From the NCBI GenBank assembly GCA_002633005.1, contig NMRA01000962.1, positions 11,672 through 75,671 of the forward strand: a stretch of 64,000 bases of DNA, read 5' to 3'. Shown one piece after another: positions 12,724-25,097 of this stretch. A program made the position numbers and the translations under genes. Source of the DNA: Phoronis australis (Eukaryota; Animalia; Phoronida). How positions within the stretch are numbered: position 1 is the stretch's first letter; each line of letters starts with the position of its first letter. The notes under the pieces are model-generated. The model ran no database searches. It saw only the letters and a list, made by a program, of their open reading frames with translations, and was not told where the DNA came from.

Positions 12724-15700
12724 GACTCCTCTTGCTTGACTCCACGTAGTGCTGGTGCAGTGTTTCCAGGGAGTGTTCTGAAAGATAAAGTTACACATGA
12801 AAACTGAAGTATTGTTGCCAAACGGTTCTGAGAACGACCAGGTAGCTCAAACATTGGCTTTAAATGGGTCTATTCGGGCATATGTCTCTATGAAAACATC
12901 GAACAAAAGCCGCATCAACTCGGGGGGACCGTTTTCACGGAGAAACTAACATGGAAAAGCTGATCAGGCGCACATATGTGTGTAAACAAAACTGTCACGG
13001 AGCAAGTTGACATCGCGGTGCCCATTTTTGACATAGGTTTGAGAGGTAGAGCGAGTTGCACTCGATCAGCTGCTCCAGTTTTAATTGAACGTCTAAACAT
13101 AAACTTTGCCAAGGCAAAAGGGTTCATCTCTATACCACTTGTGTAATAGCGTACATACGAGAGATTGGCTAGCATTCCGCGTGGTTTCGACTTTCGCTAT
13201 TGCTCATACAAGCATGCGCAGACAGTCTTCATAAAAATGACTCGTATTGATCCAGTTTGTCATTATTTAATGTCGTGTAAATGAGTCTAAAGTAAAACAA
13301 GTCGTGCCGTGACAATTCGCATCGAGTTTCCCATGTAAAAACAACTAAACAAAGGCACAAACACACACTAATAATTCAAGTACGCCTTTCTTTGTGAGTC
13401 CACGGATAAGTTCCATAATACACAAACTTTCATTTGTGCCGTACCAAGAATCTTTTTTATTCCATACAACCACAAAGAGAGGCTTGCATAATAAACTCGC
13501 CCCCTAACAGCCGGCTTCTCGATCTCTACACCCAACGAGTAAACTGAAACATTAAACCGACTGCAAAATCGACGTTTCTTGCGCTGTGTAGTGGCTGCGC
13601 TTACGTTTTTCCTTAGAAAGGGGCCCCTTATGACGTCATATAACCTCCTTTATCACTGACTAGACTCTCAAGTCACAAGACAAAAGGGTTGACGTAATGA
13701 TACATCACACACACTTCTCGACATCTACAGCCGCAGGTAGAAAAAATGAAACGAAAGCTCTTTGAGGAATGACACTTGGCGAAATAGAATAAAAATTGTG
13801 GTGAGGTCGACAACGAAACCAAAAACATCAACAACCACGACCCCGACGTTCATGAATTACACCAGTGTAAAGAAAAAAGATCAACATTAAAAGTGCACTG
13901 AGGAATCAGTCAATAGAAAACAGTCATCGAATCAGAAAACTCGAGAAAGATAACTCGTAGCGAGAAACTAATCGCAGAAAGCCCGTGACATATCAAATTG
14001 GAAAAGGTCCGGTCCAAGAATCGCGGATCTAGAGATCGCAAACGTAACTTTACAAATGACCGTTACAGACCCATCTTGTGTCCCATTTCGCCCTAAAAAA
14101 CGTCCTCGAGGTATTGAGTATATAAAAAAGTAGGGGAGAGACCAGTGTGAGTAGAGAAACTTTTTTGTTCATGGCTGATATTTCGATGAGTTGTGGGATA
14201 AAGCGCACGGATCTTATACCGGTATTGAAGTGATTTAGTCGACTGAAGCAAAAAATCAATCTGTATCTTCATACGTTCAGTTGTGGTTAAAAATATGAAG
14301 CTCAAAGTATCTAGGTGTGGAGGACAGTTGAGCACTTCGTGATACCCCAATGGACAACTGTCCCGTCCAGGAATAGTTGAAAGACTCAGACTGCTGTAAA
14401 CGGAGTAAGTGTCCGGCCTCCTGACCCCGATGGCTCGCGATGGCTTTTTCATACCGTGTTTCGCACAGAAGCTAAAAACACGACTATGGATTATGATAAT
14501 GTGACATATAGTCACGTGACTAAGATAGTACATTTGACTGTTTTTTTGTAATGCGTGGGACTGTCGAGAGTAGGTTCGGTACATTTAACAACAATTTAAC
14601 TACCATTCCACGAGACCACCAAAAGGTCGACTCCAGGGTCACCTACTCAGATCTTGAGAAAATTGTGTGTTCATACATTCTAGTGAGATGTGTTCAAAAT
14701 GTTTATTTCAATTTTGGGATCATAATTCATGAATAATACTCCATAAACCATTAATGGTTAGGCCCAAAATACATGTTGCCCATTTTGGTTCAAAAAGGTC
14801 CAGTTAGTAACGTAGTTTTAATATGTTTTAAAATTACGGTAAAATTCTTTATGATGTTTATGTAGATATTAAAACTTTCTATCAGCATTTTCTATAGAGC
14901 TTTCCGTTAACCTTCATTGGAGTGCAAAAAATCGGTAAAGTTTAGCCAGTTTTGTGTATTTGATTTTTAGCCGTTTTTGAGATGCTCCGGGGACAAGTTT
15001 CGGGGTGCTGGTGATTTCATATATATTAATTGTTTCCTTCAGCTAAAAAAATGAAAAATTAAAAAAACGTAATTTTTGTTTGTTTCTAAGCAACAGCCGA
15101 TAGAAAGCACACGCCATCGCGTAGTTTACAGGCCTTGACTACGGGTAGTATGCAACTTTGTCTCGTAAAACCCATAAAGGGACTTCATTAATTTTTTAAA
15201 ATATATTTCTATGTTGATGAAATCTGTCGATGTCAATTCTATATGATTGATCTACATACCATAGCAGTTTAGTAAATTTCATGAAATTTTGCCAAAATGT
15301 TCCTATCCAGAAAACGATGGCACATGGATGTTTTCGAATGCTTCTAACCTGTGTTATCCGACCAATGATAGTTTTAACGTTCTGGAAACCGTTCATATGT
15401 CTACACGTACCGTGTGTACCCCTTCGCGTCAGCTGCAAACTAGTGCTTTGTCCTGGTAACGTCCAAATTATTACCTGACAATCATTACATAAAATATAAA
15501 ATCATTTCAATCTGAGTCTTGTCATTTCTACAAAATGATAATCGTTTAATTGATTCTATCCAAAATTGATTTTGTTACTTGTTGTCGCACTTCTATAAAA
15601 GATAAAAACTCTATGTCTTAAAATTGTTAGATGGACGGACTTCAAACTTTAATGGTGACTGAGGATTGCTTCTAGCAAAATAAATCTGAAGTTATCCCGG

Positions 15701-16702
15701 AACAAATTTGCATATTAAAATATGTAAACCAAAATAATCCACCATAAGTAACTTAAAAGGCACTTTAAAATTTTTCAGCTATACAGGCAGAGCCAAAATC
15801 ACGTTGAGCATGCATAATTGTTACCATGGCGACAGAGTACCATAAAATCGTTCTCCTTAAAGTAGAATTTGACAAGCGTGATAATAAAAGTGCATTTAGC
15901 CGCGAGGCAGAAGGATTCGAGTATCCTGTTTCTGTAAATTAATTAAGATTTTTGACATTTTGTTATGTTGATATAACCTGAAGTTGAAAGTAACTAGTTA
16001 CAAAGCATGAATACAAAGCACAATTTATATATATAATTTGTAGGCATATCTGTTCTATTACAAGTGACACATAATCACGCCTTGGAGAAAAGTTGACTTT
16101 CAAACAAAAAAAAAACATTTCAAACCTATTTTAGCAGAGTGCAAGGTCACTTGAATGGACAGTTGTTATTGAAATATATAGATTATGCCTTGTTCTTAGG
16201 GTACAAACAGACAATTGTACAAAACAGCTTTTATATAGCAGCATGTCGCCGATGACAAAGTAGCCGGTTGAGCATGAATTTCAGTTCAGTAAGAGTCGGC
16301 ATGTTGGCGATGCCGCCGGAAATGTGACTAAGTCCAGCTTGAATTGTGAGCACTTTAGTTTAACCATTCCATAAGTTACATCTACGTTTTGAGGTTATCT
16401 CAAACATTATTTAGTGTCCTTAATTCTAACTCGTGTATCAGTCAACTAGTAAATGTATATATTTTCTGAAAGGAAAAAGATCAGAAGTTCTGAAAATATG
16501 TTTTATATTCATGTGCCATTATAATTATTACGTCAATACCTGTTAATTCAATATTTCACTTTTAGAAAGGTACATTTATGGGAAATATCCCCTGGGTCGA
16601 TTTTAATGAAACCTTGTTTAAATAGGAGCTTTTTCAATCTCAACTGAATTTACAGTATGCGATTAATCAGTTTTCAATAAAACGTTTTAAGTTTGTGAAT
16701 GT

Positions 16703-17585
16703 GCCGCGAGACAGGCTTGGTCAATGCGGGGGTCAGCAGTTAAGTAGGTCAACAGTTCACGCCGTGCAGACTAATATGAAACCAAGTACGAAATGGACAG
16801 CACAAATCGAGTCGGTGGTTAAAGCGCGTTGCGAGCACGAGATCAAAACAGCGAAATATCAAAGTACCGATCATATTAATGAAATTGGGTGAGGATTTAT
16901 TTCTTTTCACAGCTTGCTATGTTCGTCAACACAAAATCCCAGAGGCGGTGCGGCGACTCGGACTCTGTCCATTTGTTCTCAACAATCTTATGGATGCAGA
17001 CGCTCAACTCCTTCGGAATCAAAACTACGTTTTATCTGCGTTTTTCGCGACATCTTTCTATCCTGTGTACAGAGACATTACGATGGCACGTGCTACAAAT
17101 TAAGACCAAAAACAAAGTCAATGAAAAATTACTGCNGCCGCGAGACAGGCTTGGTCAATGCGGGGGTCAGCAGTTAAGTAGGTCAACAGTTCATTGTGGT
17201 AAACACCACACGCCGTGTAGACTAATATGAAACCAAGTACGAAATGGACAGCACAAATCGAGTCGGTGGTTAAAGCGCGTTGCGAGCACGAGATCAAAAC
17301 AGCGAAATATCAAAGTACCGATCATATTAATGAAATTGGGTGAGGATTTATTTCTTTTCACAACTTGCTGCGTTCGTCAACACAAAATCCCAGAGGCGGT
17401 GCGGCGACTCGGACTCTGTCCATTTGTTCTCAACAATCTTATGAATGCAGACGCTCAACTCCTTCGGAATCAAAACTACGTTTTATCTGCGTTTTTCGCG
17501 ACATCTTTCTATCCTGTGTACAGAGACATTACGATGGCACGTGCTACAAATTAAGACCAAAAACAAAATCAATGCAAAATTACTG
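16703..17585. repeat. Tandem ~435-bp duplication centred on the single N at 17136 (probable contig overlap)
   Basis: 16703-17134 and 17137-17585 are near-identical. Copy 2 has a 17-nt insertion. Confidence 0.9.
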
Positions 17586-19017
17586 GTGGTCTCAGCCCAA
17601 CTGCTCCATCAATGAACATGTGTCACGGAAGCTACGTTTGGCACCAAACGAGACAACTCTTTTCTATTCTTTTCTGACATTATTAACACAAATAAAACAA
17701 TGAATATTAAACAATGTAATGGGGATTGATTTGGTAGCAGCACTCGGTAAATCTTCGTCGATCAGACAACCAGTGAAATTCCGGGGTCTTATCTCAAGCT
17801 CTTACATTAGAGGACACGGGTCATATGAGGAATTGATATTCCAGTCGAACTTCAGCAGGCGCGCATACATTGTTGTAAGTTTGAAAATCAGCGTCCTCGC
17901 ATATCCCGTGGCGGTAAAACGCCCCTCTGTTTCGCGATAACTTTCAACACACGCCTTCACGCAAGCGAATTTGTTTTATGACTCTTTACCAATCTATTAT
18001 TGGGTCACGTGACCATGTCTTTTTAGTAAAATTGAGCAGAAGGGTACATTGATAGTAAAATAATACTGTCGAATTTTATTTTATTTGATATATACATGTG
18101 TATGTTCAAGGTCAGAGTTCAAAAACGTTTTTACAATTTTCTAAAAGATCAGCTCGTTTTCGTTTTATACAATTTGAGATTTTCCATGAAAATCATAAAA
18201 ATTTTATGTGTCAATAGCTCCTCCTGCAAAAATGAAACGTTTTAGATACAATCCCTTTAAGAACATTTTTAGTACAGTGCATAAAGCACAGTACCTGAAA
18301 GTGTCATATCATTCCGAGCAGCCGCTTCGGAGACACGCTGTTTCGAAGTCAGCCAAATTTGGCCATTTTATTGGGTTCTACATAACATATCGATTTCTTC
18401 ATACCATGAGAGCTCGCTTTTCAACACTGCATGTTTCAACCTCATTGCATAAGAGCCATGTCATTAGAAATCCCTTCGTCAGATTTTGGTGATCATAACA
18501 TAAGCAGAAGTTAAATAATTTAATTCATAAGTGATTATCATTTCTCATACCTAACTGGTTTAAAAATATTGTTTAATTCTAAAAATCATAATTGTGACCA
18601 AAATGCATAAAATACAGCGTGTAGTAGTAACATAAAAAAGGAAATGAATCAGAAAGGTTATATACTAGTTAAGCCATTAGGGAAATAAATTCAATGATTC
18701 AAAAAAGATTTCCACAAAGGTTTTAGAATATGGATCCCTCACACATGCTGTGGATAATTAAGTCAGGCATTCATCCAAAGTTATAATCTTTATATATGAT
18801 AATTCATTGACCCATTGGTACCGTTTGATACAATTATTCAGTGAAAATTCAGAACCTGCGAAATATGAGATAAACTACTCTAATTATCTATCCGAAATTT
18901 GCAAGTAACGGTTTTCTGATAGATGAAAAATGGGCAAACATATATCACATAGCTTTGAAATGTACTGTGGATAGCTCATCATGGACTTTTCATAAAAGTT
19001 TAGAAATAAACTCTTTA

Positions 19018-19740
19018 ATCCCGTACGCGTTGAATCTGTCGAGGGCAATACGACCATGTAATAATGGTTTCCGTATTCAACTTCCGCACTACTTGAACAG
19101 TGTCCTCTGACATGGAAAGTTCAAAAGGTAGATCAATATCGACTAGGCGTTGTCAGCTGGTTTGATCATCAAACATTCCGAATATAGTTAAAAGTAATAC
19201 AGTTGCAGCAGTCTAAATAACACTACACATGCAATCAGGTCCTAAACGTATCGTCTGGTACAAAGCTGTTAATTATGTGACACTTCTGTCTCAGATTTCA
19301 ATTGCTGAATATTATATCGTCTGCAACTCAGGCGACGATTCCTCGCAATCCTCGGTGACTACAATATCAAATATTGTTGTTATTTAACTATTTTCAGGAG
19401 ATGTTACAAGTTTAATGCACAGTTACCGTTGTTTTCATCTGTGTTATATCTTTTCAAGTAATAAATCGTCACATTTAAAACTGTTCCTTTAACTAGAGAA
19501 AACTTGCAACCTAACGCGCAAGTACATACATATAGGATGTGATCCGCCAAGTGAACAGTCAGAGTGAAGTATTTAAAAAATTTGCCAAAAAATGAAAGAC
19601 ACTTAGGAATTCGAAGCGTATGGGATAAATACAGAACGTACCTCGATTGGCGCACATGAAGTAATATCCCATTCGACATTATTATAATATCTCGTGGTAT
19701 ATTACTTCTTCTACGCCACTGTCGGTACGTTTTGTGTATT
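19018..19740 (-). repeat. Interspersed repeat; inverted diverged copy of 48762-49458
   Basis: The reverse complement aligns end to end. ORFs 19404-19679(-) and 48828-49082(+) give similar translations (DHILYV...CALGCKFSLVK...NNGNCALNL). Confidence 0.85.
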
Positions 19741-20542
19741 TCTTCAGAAAGTAAAAGTTAGTGATGATGATACATGTAGTGTATTTTATCCTAAACAAGA
19801 TACATTGTAACACATTTTACGGTTGTTATGTTACTAAAGAAAGTGGACTCTGAAAAATAGCAATATTCATAAAAATCGCCTATGTTATTTTGAAAACCTG
19901 CTGCATAGCTGTCACGATCAACATTATAGAACGAAAAAATGGATTGAAAAGCGGGACCTCGGGATAAAAAGCAAGACATCTGGGTGTAAGCCTGAACGTA
20001 AGGTTGAAATGTTCGCTGAAACACACGAAGACGTACCGACCGCGATTTTCGTCAAACACCCAAAAATGCCCAACAGCGTTTCTGTTGTTGTTTTATAGCT
20101 GAATGGAAAAGTGCTGGTGTCACAAAAACCAATGAAACGTCCCGCTTTTTTTCTTTTTAGTCGAAGGGGGAAATATGGCTATGTCGCGTGGGAAAATACA
20201 ATAGTATATAATATATGTACATATATGTCAATTTGGCCTGTGGCAAAAAGCGGGTCAGTTAGATGGTGTGGCGTGATAGCGGAAAAAAAGTAAAAATTGG
20301 GACAGTCCGCGAAGAGCGGGGTAATTGGCAAATACATCGCACGTTGTCACCAACACAATGAACTGGATTGAGTTCTTTTACAAGGAAAACTTTCCGTTTT
20401 TGTAAATTATGTTTCACGGTTATTGGTGAATACTACAGATAACAGTGAGTCTACTTCTTTAAAATCGAATTAACAAAAAACGGCATCTAGGCAATAGGTA
20501 AATTTTGTTCAAATGAATTATGGAAACAATTGAAAACAAAAG

Positions 20543-20612
20543 ACACCCACACGCACGCACGCACACACACACAAACACACACACACCCACACAACACACA
20601 CGCACAAACGCA
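20543..20612. repeat. Imperfect (CA)n/(CACG)n microsatellite
   Basis: Directly visible in the sequence. Confidence 0.9.
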
Positions 20613-20986
20613 CTTACCTAAGCAATTAAGAGTTATTTTTCGAAAGTTACGTGTTTTGGGGCCTAAACTTTTCGTTTAGGTCCAATGTAACTAATTCTTT
20701 CCGTTCAGTAATTTAACATGATTTTAACACCCAAAAATGTGTTGTTGAAAAACTTCTGGCATGTAGTATGATAGGTTGTCGAAGGTGGTTCTGCGACTGG
20801 AGATGAAAAGATATCAGAGGCCAAAGTTCTCCCGGTATCCACCCAGGGCCACAGGTCGGTGCTTACAAAGAATGACCAGTGTACTTGTCGGGTTTTTTGA
20901 CTAATTTTGCCGAGAAATTGCTGATCCTAAGGATTGTGTGGAGTCTCGCTTGATAAACAATAACAACAAAATGAAGCAATGAAAAT

Positions 20987-21944
20987 AGGCTAACTCTCAG
21001 TCAAAACTGAATCGAGCAGGCAGCCGGAAATTCTCAGTGCTAGATCTCACGGCTAGTCTCGGGATCACATGCTCAAGTACTAGATTACATAGTTCACGTG
21101 CGGGAATCGACCTATCGCCAAGATTATGACTGACGGTTTAACTGACAAATCAGAACGCAATATTTTTGACACACCTTTGTCTGCGTTTCCAAGCCGCCAT
21201 TTTACCCGACAATCAACACGTTGGTGTTCAAAACTTATTTTAGTCCATATCTCAAGAAATTGTGTGCTAATAATGGTGAAACGGTGTTGATGTGGCATGT
21301 GTAATTCCGACAACCGTTGTGCAGCTCGAGAAGAATATCCCGTAATTTTTGGGCATCTCCTAAGCCGAAAAGTGAAGTCAAAAGGTGTAAACTGTGGATC
21401 AAACTGTGTGAACGGACACACGAGCAGCTGCACTTGGCAATGTTGGTTGATTATTCAAAGGTTAAATACAAATATACGTGTTCCAAGATACGCCCTTTTC
21501 AGTTTGGTGGGTAGGCCCATCTGATTTTGACTCCCGAGTTTCACTCGTGTGGCCGCCTTTGTCTCGGCACCTGCTGGATCTCAGCACTACTCTAGCGGTA
21601 GTCCCGGAAGATGTTGTTTTAAGGACATTTTTATTATTTTTCCATTTATTTTGACCTAATGGACATCATTTTGTTCGTAGCAGAGGTACATTTTTTGCCA
21701 TTCATATATCCATAGGCTCTCCAAAATTGAGAGATTCGATCGGCACAGGGAGGGGCACTAGATTACTGAACTCAAAGCTTTGTTCGAGCTGTTGTCACGA
21801 AAAAAAAAACAATCACAATCACTTTCTGATGAGAATATCTAGTATTCACTTTGCCTGTAGAGTTAGAAAGAGCTCATGTTCAAACATGATATTGAGATTT
21901 ATGAAGCTTTAAAAAGGAATTTTAGTTATTTTTCTAAATAGCCT
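20987..21944 (+). mobile_element. Candidate ISL2EU-like DNA transposon remnant carrying a THAP exon
   Basis: AAAAT|AGGCTA ... TAGCCT|ATTTT inverted ends with AT flanks, enclosing a THAP relic. The TIR is short, so the boundaries are tentative. Confidence 0.45.
21273..21487 (+). pseudogene. Degenerate THAP zinc-finger coding exon
   Basis: Reads MVKRC*CGMCNSDNR...PVIF / (frameshift) SPKPKSEVKRCKLWIKLCERTHEQL...YTCSK, matching the THAP C-x4-C...P...W...CSK(HF) pattern. One stop and one frameshift. Confidence 0.75.
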
Positions 21945-24900
21945 ATTTTGCCACTACACCAGACTTGTCATCTTTTGTAACCATACCAGAGCTTAGTGAT
22001 CGTGATACGTTTAATATTAACTGAAAGCTACTTTTATGCAATGAAACTACAAAAAGTGCAAAGTTGTTCAGAAGGTAGACCTTAAATGTCTTAATGGTGC
22101 AATTAGTTAATTCCATGCATTAATTTGACTTAGACACAGCCCAAGACCTACCGGAGCTAACTGCTTGCCTAGAACAATATGAGTGTTTTTTTGAGCTATG
22201 AACCTGAGTTTTTTGTTAATCGAAATATTTCGTTCGAAGATTAGAAAAGCATAAACAGTGCTATCGACTCGATCTACTTTACTCGGGGAGTCCCACCAGT
22301 TGTGACTTACTTTTCATTTGGCGGAAATTAGCAGACTGCAGAATAACAATGTCGATGAATCTTCATTGATGTTGTTTGAAAGATCCTGAAAACTATGGCA
22401 TCGTACAGATAATTCGCCTTCATTGTACATACCGAGCTTTACCTGAACATATCTCATCAGTGGCCTTGTCAGGTTAAGGTGAACCCCGTGTGGGGTTCTT
22501 CGGATTTTCGATGGCTCCGAAATACTTTTGTTCGATCACTTATTATTTCATCGTCACCTTTACTAATTCCCACATCATGAACGTACGATTCTCTGCTGAA
22601 AAGCATCGCCTGAGGTCTGTGTATAAGCGTTTTTGGAGAGTGCAAAAAAACACTCATCGACTCCACTAGAAACGTCGTTTAGCGACAGTGTATTTGCCTC
22701 TGACATCTTGTTTGTTTGTCGGCTGTCACGTGACTTTTTGCAAAAGGGCCGAGCTTGCGATAGGTCAATTGGTATACCATGGCTAGATTTCTATTGAATA
22801 AATGGAGCTTATATACATGTATTACAAAAGTATCATAACGCGTGCGTTTGATAATTGGGGGCAAACTTTCACTTTGACCACTTAAAGATGCATAGCGTCA
22901 TTAAATTGTGATTATGCAAATGAAGTACTAATTTACAAAAAACCCGGGTCCTCCAGTGTGCCGTAACCATCCGAGATCCAGTTACAAATACACTCTCGCG
23001 AAAGTCTCGTTTTGCGAAGCCATTTTTATGTAAATGAGTATGGTAAAACATCATCATGACTGTCGATATTCCGATGCCGGCCAAGAGAACAAATAAGGCG
23101 TATAACTTTGTGTATTTGAAACTCGTCTTTCGTGCATCAGGCGGCAACTCAGATTCTGCAAACAGACAGTGAACTGGCGTTAAATTCGCACACAGTTCTC
23201 GTCCACATTCCTTAAGACGCCACGGGAATCTCTGGGAAACCCCCACAGCATTGTCGTTACCCTAATGAAACAAGGCACAATTTTTGTTATTTGTTTATTT
23301 CACTATCAAAGAGCGATTGCATAATAGTTGGAATTACATGTACTAGGGTTTTTATATGTTCACACTTATTTTTAAGTGTATCGGTTTTGGTGCTACAATT
23401 TTAAATATTCCGTAAAAATGTTTTTTATTCTGGCTTTCAAGGTAAGATTGATACGATTGGTTAAAATATGTGTTGCTTGGAAAAGTGTTCCCTACAAGTT
23501 TAAATAAGTGGCAAGGAGCTTTAGTATGGCTAAAAAATTAGAATTCGCCGATTGATTGCTTGAATGCGGCGTGCAGTGACGTTAATGGTGAATGGTCACG
23601 GTGGAAGAAAGAAATTTTTTAACCTTGATTGCATACGCCTGTGTGGATTTAGGCTTTGAAAACAATTTCACTCCCTTAAAATTCCTTTAACAAAGAGGAA
23701 GGTCCCATTTGACGCCAAAAAACGTGTGACTGTAAGTGACAAATCATGATCAGCCATTTTCAGAAGTTTCTGTTTTAGATGCTTTTGACGACTTAAAGAA
23801 TCCATTTTTCTTTTGTCCTTGGGTAAAATTGCAAAAAGTGAACATTTCTTTTCATCATATGATCTATGACTAGGGAAAAGCGTGTCTGAGATTTTTATCA
23901 AGCAACAAACATCAACCATCCACAATTACTTCGGAATTGTTTTACATATAAATAGAAATTTCGATGGTTCGCATCTCTTATGTTGGTAGGTAAATTGAAG
24001 CTGTTATAGAAATCATTGACATAAAATTAACCGAGAGTACCAGTTTTCTGTCTGGCCATAGTTCAGTGGTATGAAGTGCGCGCATAAAAGGTTTCAAGTC
24101 ACCGACGAAGCTATCATCGAGATAAATGTGACACTAATTACGTGTAAGTACATGTTTTCAGTTTCACGATATTATTGTTCTTTTGATGCTATTAACAACA
24201 AACTTGTTAACAATGTCATAAAAACGTCAGCGTAAACAGCTATTCGCCTACTCAACATGAGATCAACGGAGTCTAATGCATACAACAAACAGTTCACCCG
24301 CAATGCGCGTTTCCCAGAAAAATACTTTCACTGTGTTTAAAATAAACAAGCATATTTTGTTCCGCATGCAGAGAATGTTGCTCTAGAATATACACTCAAA
24401 GTTGCTGCATCAGCCACAACGTCTGGGAGCCTTGCACAGATATTGCTCAACGAAGTCAAAGCAGACAGTGCGAAAACTGAAAAACATCAGGAATAGAAAC
24501 AAACTTTAACTTAGAAATAGATTTCAGCACACACTCTGACGAAAATACTGAAAATAGCACAGATATGCACCGCAAGTCTATAGCTGTTGTAAAACACAAC
24601 TTGAACTGCGGTGTCATGCAGGCTGCAAAAATTCAATATTGCGTGCACGTATACGTTTCACGCGATCAGCGATCCCCATTGATAAAAAATGACAAACGGC
24701 TCAAAAACAAGCGGAGCAATCTGTGGAAACCTGCTTCGGTAAAGAAGCCTCAGAGTGGCGCATAAGATAAATATGTTTTTGTCACGTACGTGTTTGAACC
24801 AAGTGTATTATTATATCACAAATATAGATATAATAATCACTGGTACAAATACGTACATTGTATAACATTTTCATGTGCCATCTTATCCGTGATAGTATGG

Positions 24901-25054
24901 CCATGAAATACGGGTCGTATTGTGTGGTAGGACGTGAAAGAACTACCTTTGCGTATTTAGTGAGCATGCAATACGGATTTTCCGAACGCCTTCTTTTTCG
25001 CCAAAATTTCATACTGTACACACAATACATTGCAATCACCAGAAACATGATTGC

Positions 25055-25055
<1 letters not shown>

Positions 25056-25093
<38 letters not shown>
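25056..25093. repeat. (TA)n microsatellite at the left end of the Penelope-like element
   Basis: Directly visible in the sequence. Confidence 0.95.

Positions 25094-25097
<4 letters not shown>

Noticed and set aside
12724-12798. N-terminal 25 aa of the 950-aa ORF
   Set aside because: The first ATG lies upstream of a polypyrimidine-AG acceptor, and the signal peptide starts at 12723.
15895-15930. tRNA or SINE suggested by B-box-like GGATTCGAG
   Set aside because: No cloverleaf or properly spaced A-box.
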